A program made the translations under genes and the position numbers. Shown here one piece after another: positions 50,643 to 63,500 of a DNA stretch of 64,000 bases. The stretch comes from Octopus sinensis (lineage: Eukaryota). The DNA lies in NCBI RefSeq assembly GCF_006345805.1, contig NW_021833704.1, forward strand, positions 8,186 through 72,185. Direction: 5' to 3'. Position 1 is the stretch's first letter. The number at the start of each line of letters is the position of its first letter. Under the pieces are notes generated by a model. The model saw only the letters and a list, made by a program, of their open reading frames with translations. It was not told where the DNA came from and did not search any database.

Positions 50643-51062
50643 TAGGCGCAGGAGTGGCTGTGTGGTAAGTAGCTTGCTAACCAACCACATGGTTCCGGGT
50701 TCAATCCCACTGCGTGGCATCTTGAGCAAGTGTCTTCTGCTATAGCCCCGGGCCGACCAATGCCTTGTGAGTGGATTTGGTTGACGGAAACTGAAAGAAG
50801 CCTGTCATATATATGTATATATATGTATATGTATGTATGTGTTTGTGTGTCTCTGTTTATACCCCTAGCATTGCTTGACAACCGATGCTGGTGTGTTTAC
50901 GTCCCCGTCACTTAGCGGTTTGGCAAAAGAGACCGATAGAATAAGTACTGGGCTTACAAAGAATAAGTCCCGGGGTCGAGTTGGTCGACTAAAGGCGGTG
51001 CTCCAGCATGGCGCAGTCAAATGACTGAAACATGTAAAAGAGTAAAAGAGAGAGTAAGAGTA
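50643..51062 (+). mobile_element. SINE family A
   Basis: Full head TAGGCGCAGGAGTGGCTGTGTGGTAAG... and GAGTAAAA tail. Confidence 0.88.
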
Positions 51063-51692
51063 AATAGAAAAATAATTAAAGTAATGGCAATGAAATGACT
51101 AAATAATTAGCGAAGTAGTTAATGAGTGGCTGAAATTATTATTCAAATAGAGAAACAAATGCTGAATGTGTTGGCCATTGCCGGAATGACTTTACTCATA
51201 GGTCTGCTCAGGCAGAGTTGGCCTTGGGCTAAACAATCACAACTACATACCGAACCATCCAACCACTTGCCATGCCACCCTACAATCTTTCATACCATCT
51301 TTCGATTCTGATGCAGTTATATCAAATCCTTTTACTCATCCATCGCTATGACGCAAGCAGATTCCTGATTGGTCAGATTTCTCATAGCCACATGATGACG
51401 TATTTGTGTTTCTCATTTATCCGATTTAAGCTAGTTGCGTGTATGTGTGCGTAGGTGCACGTATGTGCTAGCGTGCCTATAAACAATCCCCGCCCCAGAC
51501 ACCATTCACTCATTCACACACACACACACGCTCACATACACACACACATATAGTCACACACACAGGCACGTGAAAATACGCATATGTGATAATGTATGTA
51601 TATGCATTTGTGTATATACATTCATCTGTGTACATGCATTCATCTGAAATTTGCCTTTCCACGCCACCTTCTTTCACTCTCCTCCTACACCT

Positions 51693-51731
<39 letters not shown>

Positions 51732-51732
51732 T

Positions 51733-51789
<57 letters not shown>

Positions 51790-54700
51790 GTTTCTTTATT
51801 GGCCACACAGGGCTGCACACAGATGGGACAAGGTAGAGCTTTTCTTTCGGGGGATGAAAAAAACAAAAAACAAAAGAAAAAAAAGGGGTGGCGTAGGTTT
51901 TCGATCAAGAGGGATCGTAGAAGGGAAGAAAAGAACAAAATAAATAAATAAATAAATAAATAAAATAAAAAATAAAAGAAGAAAAAGAAGAAAAGAAAAG
52001 GAAAAGGAACAAAAGAAAAGAGAAATGAAAAAAGAAGAAAAGAGGGGAAAAAAGGGGAAGAGGAAAAAAAAACGATCAATAGGGATCGTGTATCACAGTG
52101 TTATGATATATGGTGTAAAGGGGAAAGCAAGTAAGGTTTATCCGTGGGAAGAAAAGCCTACGAAAAAGACCACGGTAACCTTGGTCAATATTGTTATATG
52201 TTACCACATTTGTTTGCAAGTGGGTAACCCTCTGTTTTCAATTTCTGGGTTCATAGTATTATGCTCAAGGTGGCTTCGTCATTCATACGTGCCATCCTTG
52301 CTACATTCACCCATCTTTTTTTAAAACATTCGCTAGACAAAACTTGCCTCTCTACTCTCACTTTCCTTTTCAAGTGGTACTTGAAGAAGTTGATGAGAGA
52401 TTGACCAGAGAGGAAAGTGTTTGTCTCCAATCCTTTCAGACGCGTCCACCAGATACATTCTTTCGCCGTAGCCACAAGGATGATGAAAATAGCTCTTCCT
52501 TCCCGTTTGAAGGAAGGAGGCGTGACAATATTGACGATAGACACAGCTGATAAACCGACTCGTCCCACACGTGAAAGCAGTTGTTCGACATAAGCCCACA
52601 GGTCGGAAATTGTTGGACACTGCACGAGTGCGTGCAGAACGGTTTTGTCGCTCTGACCGCATCTCGGTCAGGTCGGCCCCGTGTTTCTCGAGCCGTGTCT
52701 GTAGAGCTTATCCCGAACGGGTAGCGCTTCTCGGTAACACTGCCAGGCCAGGGATCTCTGGAAGTTATCCATGGACCCTGGCCCGAAGGTCGTCCTGAAC
52801 AGGCGGGTCAGGTACTCCTCGTCGACGTCCAGGTTCGCCCCGAGCTCGTCGTCGTACCTCCCCTCCACTAATCCCCTATAGAATACTTTGGTTGTGTTGA
52901 GGTCACTCAAGGTCGACCCAGGACGGCAGAGTTGCTTGAGAGCAACGTGACTCTCGCGGTGCCATTCGCCCTTCCTCGGCCTCTTTTTGATCCACGACTG
53001 CAGTTTGGTCATGGAGACGAGCTGCGGGAAAGCGTGCCTCACAAACGGCGACCACACCTGTTCACCGTCGTCTATGAAGAGCCTGAGATGCCGCAGTCTC
53101 AGCGCGTGTCTGCGCATCATCAACCACGGCATGCCCAGTTCTCCTTTTAACGGGTGTTGACAGCAAATGGATCGCCTGACCATCGGGACGCATCCTTTCC
53201 ACAAGAAGCGAAAGAGAATGCGTTGTAGTTTGGTGATGGTAGGGTCGGGACAAGGTACGACGGTCAGGCGGTAGTAGATGACGGACGCGATGTACGTGTT
53301 CGCCACCTCCGCCCGACCTTTTAGGGACAGTTTCCTCTCGGCCCATTGCGGGCGAGAGTGACCACCCTACTCGTTATCTCGTTCCAGTTCTTCTCCACTT
53401 GGAGGTCCGGACCAAACCAGACCCCGAGCAACTCAACCGGGCCGTCGGTCCAGCGTCCCACGACGGAGGCGCTGGTGGACGGCATGGGCTTGCTTCTCCA
53501 GGTGCCTAGTCGCAAGCCCACTGACTTTTCCCGGTTGATTTTCGCTCCTGTCACCGCTTCGTAGTTTTTCAGTGTCTCGCCGATCTGCTCGATGTGCTCG
53601 TGGCTAGACACTATGACGGTGACGTCGTCCGCGTATGCAGACACGCTCGTCCCGCATCCCAGTTCTCGCGGGATGCCCCTCAAAGTTGCCAGCTTCCACA
53701 ATAATGGCTCGAGAGTCAATACGTATAGAAGCGACGAGAGGGGGCATCCCTGACGGACCGAACGTGCGATGTCGAAGGGTCTCGATAGATGTCCATTCAC
53801 GCGAATTACCGAACGGATGCCTCCGTATAAAGTGGCTATCCAGCCGCGGAAGACGGGACCGAAGCCAGCCGCTCTGAGGACCGCCTCCAAGTATCGATGG
53901 TCTACCCTATCGAAAGCTTTCGATTGATCCAAATTGAGCAGCGCCCCACCCATGCCAGGTTCGTTAACTACCTTGTCTATGATGTAGCGCATCAGGTGGA
54001 GGTTGTCATGGATGGTCCGGCCCGGCACGGCACATGTTTGCGCCTTGTCGACCAGTTTCTCGATGACAAGCGCCAACCTCTTGGCTAGCACCTTGGCCAA
54101 AATTTTCAAGTCTGCATTAAGCAGAGTGATGGGCCTAAAGTTATCTATTACATTTCCCTTGTTTAGATCTTTCTTCAGCAGTGTTACGGCTCCTCGGCTC
54201 ACAAAACCAGGAATGCTCCCGTTTTGCTGCCAGTTGCAGTACACCGCCGCCAAGAGACCTCCAAACAAGTCTGGCATACAATTGTAAAGCTCGTAGGGTA
54301 GACCATCCAAACCCGGTGATTTGTCCCTCGAGCATTCTGCCATCGCGTCCTGCACTTCCGCCGCCGTAATGGCACCTTCGCAGCACCCTGCCTTTCTTGT
54401 CGAGAGTCGTGGTAGGCTATGTAGGTAGGCACTGAAGTCCACCCTACGGTCTTGCCCTCCACTCGTCCCGAACAGTCGGGCAAAATGCTGCTGAAAGGCC
54501 TCACACATTTTACTTGGCTCGAGCAATTCGCGGCCCTGTTCATCTACCAGGGACCGAATGGTGGCTTTGTTGCCCTGTTGCACCTCTGCCACCCGGGCCT
54601 CTCTCGCGGCTCCAACACCTTCGTTCCTTAGAGCACGCATCCTAGCTCTGACAGCACATCCTTCGTGTTTGGCGTTGAAGTGTTGGTCGAGGGCCAACCT

Positions 54701-54879
54701 CGCCGCCAAAACGTCGGATGCGATGCCGCTTCTAATTGCCTCTTCTAGCTTCTTAACTAGCTCACCCTCTACTCTATTTCTATCTATGGCTAGTGCTTTG
54801 CTGTACCTAATCGCTTCTGCTTTTACTGCTCTCTTGAGCGCAAACCACCATTTGTTGTTGATGATGGCTCCCGTCAAAG
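51790..54879 (-). mobile_element. Tx1-clade LINE copy 4, 5'-truncated
   Basis: Long open frame 54879-53346 covering linker and RT (FRPITLLNAD, LDQSKAFD, RQGCPLS, YADD), then frameshifted C-terminus to 52251; 3' end GCCCTGTGTGGCCAATAAAGAAAC then (TATC)n at 51683-51789; (TATC)n/(TGTC)n upstream at 54885-55040. Confidence 0.95.
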
Positions 54880-54884
54880 ACATG

Positions 54885-54944
<60 letters not shown>

Positions 54945-54948
54945 AGAC

Positions 54949-55040
<92 letters not shown>

Positions 55041-55558
55041 TTAATCACAATGCTTATCTCTTGCAATCGACGTTGAGTTGGTATCAGTGAGTTTTTGCAA
55101 ATGGCTTTAAGTGATTATGTAACCCTGAGTCGATACAGTAACACTGCCAACCATACTCGTTGTGCTCCTGACCCAGCAGAGCATTTCGAATGTGACTACT
55201 GAGGAAGAAACACACACACGCGGGGAGAGAGAGAGAGAGAGAGAGAGAAGAGAGAAGGGGAGGGAGAGACAAGCAAATGGAGTTAGTGAGGGAGCTGATA
55301 CTGTGTAGTTCTCGGAAGGACATAAGACACAGCTGCCTTCGGCAGGGTTTGAACTAAAAACCCAATGAGCCAGAACAATTTTCGCACACTATCTTATTCG
55401 ATGCTCTCTCGTTACATAAATACTAACATACATACATTTTATAGATACATATGTGTGTGTGTGTGCGTGTGTGTGTGTATATATAATGATAGATAGATAG
55501 ATAGATAGATGATAGATAGATGATAGATAGATAGGTAGATAGATAGATAGACAGATAG

Positions 55559-55591
<33 letters not shown>

Positions 55592-55614
55592 TAGATAGAT
55601 AGATAGATAGATAG

Positions 55615-55645
<31 letters not shown>

Positions 55646-55676
55646 GATAGATAGATAGATACTCACACACACGCAC

Positions 55677-55734
<58 letters not shown>

Positions 55735-55738
<4 letters not shown>

Positions 55739-55926
55739 ATATGTTACACTACTCGATAGTCAAGATAAAACTCTGAGTTTCAGATGCCGAAGTGGGAGTC
55801 CACGCCGCCATCTCTTCGGTTATCTGGCTATTTGAAAATAACCGAAGAGATGGCGGCGTGGACTCCCACTTCGGCATCTGAAACTCAGAGTTTTATCTTG
55901 ACTATCGAGTAATGTAACATATTATT
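55735..55926. repeat. Near-perfect palindrome (89-bp arms, 14-nt loop) carrying an HHR-like motif on each strand
   Basis: Arms 55735-55823 and 55838-55926; motif AUAA-CCGAAGA-GAUG...CAUCU-GAAA-CUCAGAG-UU-UUAU at 55838-55896 (+) and 55765-55823 (-). Confidence 0.85.
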
Positions 55927-55996
55927 CTATAGATAAATTTCCTCTATTTACACAATATTGAGGTCTCTTTCTTTCATTTGTTATCTTACCGTTTTA

Positions 55997-56032
<36 letters not shown>

Positions 56033-56999
56033 AAATGTAGAGGAATTAAAAATATAAAAAGTGACGGGAAGAAGAATTTTTCGCAAAAGTTTATTACAAC
56101 TCTGTTGAAAGAAGAATATTGAGGAATAAATAGCAAACACAAAAGACCAGTGTTATGTTTCATGCCCGAGGAACGGCTTATTGGGAAAGACAATGAGCGA
56201 GTGAGTAATTCTTGAGCAAAATATATTGTATTTAAGTACGAGGGGGAGGGGACATGAAATTGAGAACATGTTCGATGTATCTGTACATGGAGTGTGCCAG
56301 TGTGTGGGGAGTGAATATCTAAGGCGGTATGCCGATGTATATATATATGTGTATGTATGTGTATGTGTGACGTACGCTGCACCATAAGTATTTTTACGTG
56401 TGTGAGATTAAATGCGAATGTTATATGTCTTGTGTGTGTAGTGAGCCTATGTGGTTTGTGTTAGTGTGTAACCCATAGAACGGCAACGATCTGTGCTGTA
56501 TTTGTAGTGAATGGAAAACGTGTTTATGTGTATGAATAGCTGTTATAGGTCCATGCATGTATATGTTTTGTGTGTGGATAGGTGTGTGTGTGTGTGTGTG
56601 TTTGTGTGTGTACGTGTCGGTGTGTATGGAATCTGTATACTATGTGTTGCTATGTAGTGATGTGGATAGAAACAATATGTACATACAACCGATGTAAATG
56701 TGGTGGAGTGTGTAAAGCTTACAATTATGGAGCATCTTTGTGTAGGGGAGGGGGTGAGGGTTTTTTCTCTCTCACCGTGCGTGTGTTTCTTCCTCAGCAG
56801 TCACATTCGAAATACTCTGCTGGGTCGGGAGTATAACGAGTATGGTTGGCAATGTTACTGTATCTACTCAGGGTTACATAATCACTTAAAGCCATTTGCA
56901 AAAACATAATACTCACTGACATCAACAAATTTGTTGCTTAGACTGTGTAGTTGTGTACTGTTCGTAGGCGGAATATAAGTTTTTCTTCGCGTTGTAACC

Positions 57000-57850
57000 G
57001 AAATACTAAGAACGACATAATCAACATTTAAAACTGTAAAGGTACAGACGAACAGGTCTGTGATGTGGCAAGAGGAATAAAGTCTTTTGAGGTAATGGCG
57101 TCTGGAATTAACGGGCAGGTGTGGGTGCGGGGGTGGGAGCAAAGGAAAGATTATGGGTCGAGCGTATGAATGAGAAAGGACTTGAGAAAATATTTGCTGA
57201 AGATTACGGGTGCATGCGAAAGACAAAAGGAGAGAATTCAGGAATAAACGGAAAGCGGCGGATTTCGATTGGAGAAGTCGGGAGTGTCGTACGATGGTGC
57301 GCTAGAGAGGTAACGTAGAGGAGAAGAAAAAGAGGAAGTTGTTAGTGCTAAGGTGGGAATGAAACAAGAAAACAGAAGTCGTCACTGCAAGGTCCGTGTG
57401 AAATGACGGGTTAAATGTCGAGACTGGATATCCAAATTAGTTTCGTAGCTCAGGGGTTGCGGAGAGGGAGTTATTGAGATGAGGAGATGACAAATTTGGT
57501 GTAAATGGCGTGAGGTTGAGTTTAAAGTAGAGGTTAGTGGGCTTGTATACGAGATATCTAGAAAGTTGACAGAAACTGAAGAGATGATGGCAAGGTGCGA
57601 GGAGCTGACAAAAATGTGAGGAGCTAGATGAAGAGTTTGCGATGAAGCAATCGTTATGTCAGGCGTACGTTCGGTTAACGGGGATAGAACTTGGGTCCGA
57701 ACATCCCTTTCAGAATGGTTGGAGCAGTAAGAACTGATCTTAGCAAGCAGTGGTCACTCATGGAAGGTGAGAAACTACTGAGGGTGGATAAGAGTTCGGT
57801 GGGTTGGAGGAGAATGCAAGTGGCAGTCTCGAGAGTTCGGAGGTCGAGAA
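57000..57850 (-). mobile_element. Possible highly degenerate Penelope RT fragment
   Basis: Scattered minus-strand motifs SVNFLDI, VYKPTN, CSDD in the expected order but in different frames. Confidence 0.3.
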
Positions 57851-57903
57851 GCTAAAGAAGTACAGATGATACGAACACACACACACACACACACATACAC
57901 ATT

Positions 57904-57938
<35 letters not shown>

Positions 57939-59048
57939 CACAACCACCACCACACACACATACACACACACATACACACACACACACATACACACATACA
58001 CACGCACACGCACACACACACACACATACACACACACACCACAACCACCACACACCGCACACACACGCACACGCACACACACATTCACACACACACACAT
58101 ACACACACACACCACAACCACCACACACCACACACACACAGACGCACACGCACACGCACACACACACACACATACACACACACACCACAACCACCACACA
58201 CCACACACACACACGTACACGCACACACACATTTACACACACACACACATATATCGGCACACAAGCGTGTGTATATACATGTCTGTATTGATCTATTTTT
58301 ATCTGATTATTTATATCGTTATCTACACGAACTCCCTTACACACTCTGTATCTCCCTATAAACATGTATCTATCTACATATGTGTGAGTGAATGCATGTG
58401 TGTGTATGTGTGTATATACATGTACGCAAATACAATACACGCAGGTACACAGACACACAGATACACACACACACATACACACAAATATATCTACATACAT
58501 GTACAGTGTGCCAGAGATCTATCTGTCTATCTTTCAATGAATCGATCGCCATAGCTGCCTATCAGCTATCTGTCTATCCATCTGTCTATTCGTCAGCCTG
58601 AGAAAAGAAGAAATCAAATTAAAATAAAACACAAAACGGTATTTAAAAGCAACTAAAAATAACGAAATGAAACTACACAAAATGCAACAAAGATATGAAG
58701 AACGAAAATAATAGAAAAGAAAAAACGAAAGACGAGAACAAAAAGGAAACGGAGAGAAAACCGCCATATTGAAATGGCGGGCATAGATATGCGTTTCGTG
58801 TACGCTATTAAGCTATAGCGGTTCCGTCTTCCCACATTTTCACTCGTTGCTTAGAATGTCTGAAACAGGTGTAAGAAGGAAGGAAAGAGAGACAAAAAGA
58901 AAGCAATACTAAACAACAACAAAAATTAAATACCGCAGTGCGAGAATAAATGAATGAACATACGACATATGTATATATGTAGTATATAAACACATCCATG
59001 AATACGTATACACACACACGTATGTGTATGTCTGTGTGTGTGTGTGCA

Positions 59049-59096
<48 letters not shown>

Positions 59097-60063
59097 CGTA
59101 TCAACATATATGTATGTGTATGTACATATGAACATTACACACGTACACAGACATATATTATATATATAAGTATGTATATATATAATATATACAAACAGAG
59201 AGGAGGAGGAGGAGGAGGAGAGAGAGACATGCAAACATACACGCATACAGATATATGCACAGAAACACGTATATATATATATATATATATATTATAGATG
59301 CATACATATATATATGCAAAATATACAAATATATGTATATATATACATATATATATTACATGCATGTATATACATATATATATATATATATATACACATA
59401 TATGAATATTTATGCCTATATATATGCATTAATGTATTTATATATATATATATGCGTGTGTGTTTGTCTGTCTGTGTGTGTGGTTATATTTGAATACACA
59501 CACCAACATACACATATATTTTATGTCTGTGTGCATATACACACATTCATGCATATGTATTTTTATACATGTATGTACATTTTCAACAAAACCTAAAAAC
59601 TATGCAAAACTCTTAAAGGCGAAGACTGATTCTGACAGCTGTTTCAAAGTGAATAAATAAATAAATTAGTAAAATAAAATCACTAGACTTTTGGCTGGGT
59701 GGGACATGTGAATGTGTGGGAGCGCGGATAGAGAGATGAGGGGTGGGAGTGAATGTCTCGGTAGGTTCGGTGGATAGAAGAAGAATAAAAAAAAGGTAAA
59801 CAGGAAAATATATGCGTGCGTGTGTGTGTTTGTGTTTGTGTGTGTATCCTAAGGTGTCAAAATCTCTGTGGCCTCCAGATTCGTACTAAATTTTGTCCAT
59901 TTAGTTTTGATCTTGTTTCCGATGTTTTAATTGTTTCCGCTGCTCTCAATGCCTGTTACCAATTCTCTTCCAATCTGGTCTTTAACGCAGGCGTTATTTT
60001 TCCATATAGATGTATATGTATATGCGCTCGCGCGTATATTTGGCTGCACGTGTGTGTGTGTGT

Positions 60064-60122
<59 letters not shown>

Positions 60123-60126
60123 TGTG

Positions 60127-60272
60127 TACGAGGGAAGTCAAAAATTATCTTCAATTTCGCCATAACATATCTTTATTATTGCTTGATCGCACCATTTTTC
60201 TTTCTGGCTTTACAGTGTAAGCATGGCCGCTCGACTAGAAATGTGCGCCAAAGAAGAACAAAGAGCAGTGAT
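60127..60272 (+). mobile_element. Mariner 5' end fragment
   Basis: TIR-like TACGAGGGAAGTCAAAAATTATC and ORF start MAARLEMCAKEEQRAVI truncated by (TA)n. Confidence 0.65.
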
Positions 60273-60311
60273 ATATAATATATATATGTATGTATATATA
60301 TATATATAATT

Positions 60312-60353
<42 letters not shown>

Positions 60354-60413
60354 TGTATGTATGTATGTATAAAAAATATATATATAAAAATGCAAAATGG
60401 GACAAGAACGCAA

Positions 60414-60656
60414 AACATTCAAATAGACGACACAAAAAACGGAGCCTCTAATCTTCAGTCAAGAACCGGATCATCCTCGCAATTTCGGCTGATTATATAT
60501 ATATATATATATATATATATGCAGGATAAGAATTCTAATAATATCCTTTGATGTAACAGTTATGTGCTTGTAGTCGAGTAACATTCAAATAGACGACACA
60601 AAAAACGGAGCCTCTAATCTTCAATCAAGAACCGGATCATCCTCGCAATTTCGGCT

Positions 60657-60716
<60 letters not shown>

Positions 60717-60771
60717 GGATAAGAATTTAATAATATCCTTTGATGTAACATTATGTGCTTGTAGTCGAGTA
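60414..60771. repeat. Two-copy tandem duplication (~166-190 bp) with internal (TA)n of different lengths
   Basis: AACATTCAAATAGACGACAC...TAGTCGAGT occurs twice. Confidence 0.85.
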
Positions 60772-61424
60772 AGTTGCAGTAAATATTCATCGAAAGTAGA
60801 CCTTCCTATGCTGCTTTGTTCAGGGTCTTACCCATGCGGCTGGGCGAAGCGAACTGAGGATTCAAGTTTAAACAGTCCTCCTTAAAGCACGTATATTCTA
60901 GGCGAGGGATCATAAAACCTTAGGGTACATGACAGTAGAGATTGTCTCGAAATACGGTATGACTATAGTTCTGATACATTTAAACTTAGGATGACCTTTT
61001 TAGAATTTAAGGAAATAGATCATTTTATATACTTAGTAGTAAGAAAAAACCTCACTTAGGGCAAGCTCGAAAATATAAAGACACAGACAATGTGTCGTAT
61101 AGTCAGCTAGAAATGATGCTTCTTGGGGCTAAAACAACAGTAATAACGTCTTTTCCAGGACAGCCAAATTATGTTGGCAATTAAACTTTTCTTTAAAGAA
61201 ATTTTGCTGTATGTCTCTCTCTGATAGATTCAGAAATTATACTATTTCTGTATATGTATGTATGTTTGTATGTATGTATGTATGTATGTTTGTTTGTATG
61301 TATACACACACGCATACATATATAAGTATGCTTATATATATTCGTATATGTGTGAGTGTGTATGTATGTATGTATGTATGTATGTATGTATGTATGTATG
61401 TATGTATGTATGTATATTATATAT

Positions 61425-61456
<32 letters not shown>

Positions 61457-61562
61457 ATATATATATACTTTGTTCGCTTATATATATATGTATACATAAC
61501 ACACACATACACATGTTTATATATGCATGGTGCATAATAGGCATAATAAAGAAGACGAAAGA

Positions 61563-61599
<37 letters not shown>

Positions 61600-61699
61600 C
61601 ATCACTTATATAGAAAGACAATGGATTCCATTTTAATTTCATATAGAATTCTAGAAAAAAATGAGAACAATTATGGAAGATTTACTAATACCAAAATTC

Positions 61700-61731
<32 letters not shown>

Positions 61732-61759
61732 GCATGAACCCGGATGTATCATACGTGAA

Positions 61760-61819
61760 ATGGATCGGGAAATCTTTCAATGGATCAGGAAATCTTTCAA
61801 TGGATCAGGAAACCTTTCA
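61760..61819. repeat. 20-bp minisatellite x3
   Basis: ATGGATC(G/A)GGAAA(T/C)CTTTCA. Confidence 0.85.
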
Positions 61820-61936
61820 TAATCATGCGATGACGATGTTATGACCAATTCCGATGATGGTTTTTACATTTTATCCCCAAATCGACACGTCAATATTACT
61901 ATCACTTCATTTTGACAATGGGATAAGAAAGTATGT

Positions 61937-62370
61937 GGAGTGGCTGTGTGGTAAGTAGCTTGCTAACCAACCACATGGTTCCGGGTTCAGTCCCACTGCG
62001 TGGCATCTTGGGCAAGTGTCTTCGGCTATAGCCCCGGGCCGACCAATGCCTTGTGAGTGGATTTGTAGACGGAAACTGAAAGAAGCCTGTCGTATATATG
62101 TATATATAATATATATATATATATATTATATATATGTTGTTGTGTGTGTGTGTTGTGTGTCTGGTTTGTCCCCGTAGCATTGCTTGACAACCGATGCTTG
62201 TGTGTTTACGTCCCCGTCACCTAGCGGTTTGGCAAAAGAGACCGATAGAATAAGTACTGGGCTTACAAAGAATAAGTCCCGGGGTCGATTTGCTCGACTA
62301 AAGGCGGTGCTCCAGCATGGCCGCAGTCAAATGACTGAAACAAGTAAAAGAGTAAAAAGAGTAAAGAGTA
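61937..62370 (+). mobile_element. SINE family A
   Basis: Homologous to 50643-51062. Confidence 0.88.
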
Positions 62371-62713
62371 TAGCCTTCAAACGTGTAGCCTTCCTCGTGT
62401 TCGAACCTGCAATGTTTAACCTCGAAAATTCAAAACCGCTATATATTTGGTAATATTTCTTTCTAATATACTTTCTAAAACAAGCACAAGGCCAGAAATT
62501 TTGAGAGAGAGAGAGGCCTATTCGATTTCATCGATCCAAGAGCTCAACTGTTACTTATTCTATCGACCCGGAAAGGATGAAAGGCAAAGGTGACCGCGAC
62601 AGCATTTGAACTCAGAACGTACACTCATAAGAAATGCCACTGAGCATTTTTCCCGTTATGCTAACGATTCTGCCAGTTAACCGCCTTACATATTTGGTAA
62701 TGTTGACAAATTA

Positions 62714-62950
62714 GTGGCGAGCTGGCAGAAACGTTAGCACGCCGGGCGAAATGCTCAGCGGTATTTCGTCTGCCGTTACGTTCTGAATTCAAATTCCGCC
62801 GAGGTCGACTTTGTCTTTCATCCTTTCGGGGTCGATTAAATAAGTACCAGTTACACATTGGGGTCGATATAATCGGCTTAATCCGTTTGTCTGTCCTTGT
62901 TTGTCCTCTCTGTGTTTAGCCCCTTGTGGGTAGTAAAGAAATAGGTATTT
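62714..62950 (+). mobile_element. SINE family B with Tx1-like tail (diverged B copies flank it at 62515-62690 and 62960-63110)
   Basis: Head GTGGCGAGCTGGCAGAAACG; tail TTGTCCTCTCTGTGTTTAGCCCCTTGTGGGTAGTAAAGAAATAGGTATTTC. Confidence 0.87.
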
Positions 62951-63500
62951 CATTGGTCTTTACATTCTGAGTTCAAATTCCGTTGGGATCAACTTTGTCT
63001 TTCATTCTTTCTGGATCAATAAAATAAGTACAAATTGAGCATTGGGGGGGGGGGAGTCTATGTAATCGACAACCCCTCTCTCCTAAGATTTTAGGCCTTG
63101 TACCCATAACAAATATTGACTGGAGATAATTAGCACTGATTAATAATGTGTAATCCAGCTAATCATCTTTCAAACCAGTTGGTGATAGGCGGGGGTAAAC
63201 AAAATGTTTAATTATCGTGCTTAAAAGTTTGATAAACCTTCTAGAAAGTCTTAGCGAACTTATTAAAACCCGGGTGTCCAGTTCTCCTTTATAGAAACTT
63301 TTCTGATTGCAGACAAGAGTGCTTCTGTCATCAAATCCACGTTAAATCAGGTAATTTCCATCTCTCAATTTTCTCTCTTAACCTCTTGAAAACTGAAAGC
63401 GAATATCAACACTTTTACGAAAGATAAGTTTTCAGATTCTCTTCTTTTTTTTTTTTTTGTTTTTCACATATTCCATTCAATATCTCTTTACAGTGCTAGA

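Noticed and set aside
53321-55066. 581-aa ORF as an intact gene
   Set aside because: The N-terminal ~60 aa are (TATC)/(TGTC) repeat; the rest is a 5'-truncated Tx1 ORF2 ending at a frameshift.
60440-60660. Hammerhead in the 60.4-kb duplication (minus-strand CUGAAGA and GAAA present)
   Set aside because: Could not build consistent stems I-III.
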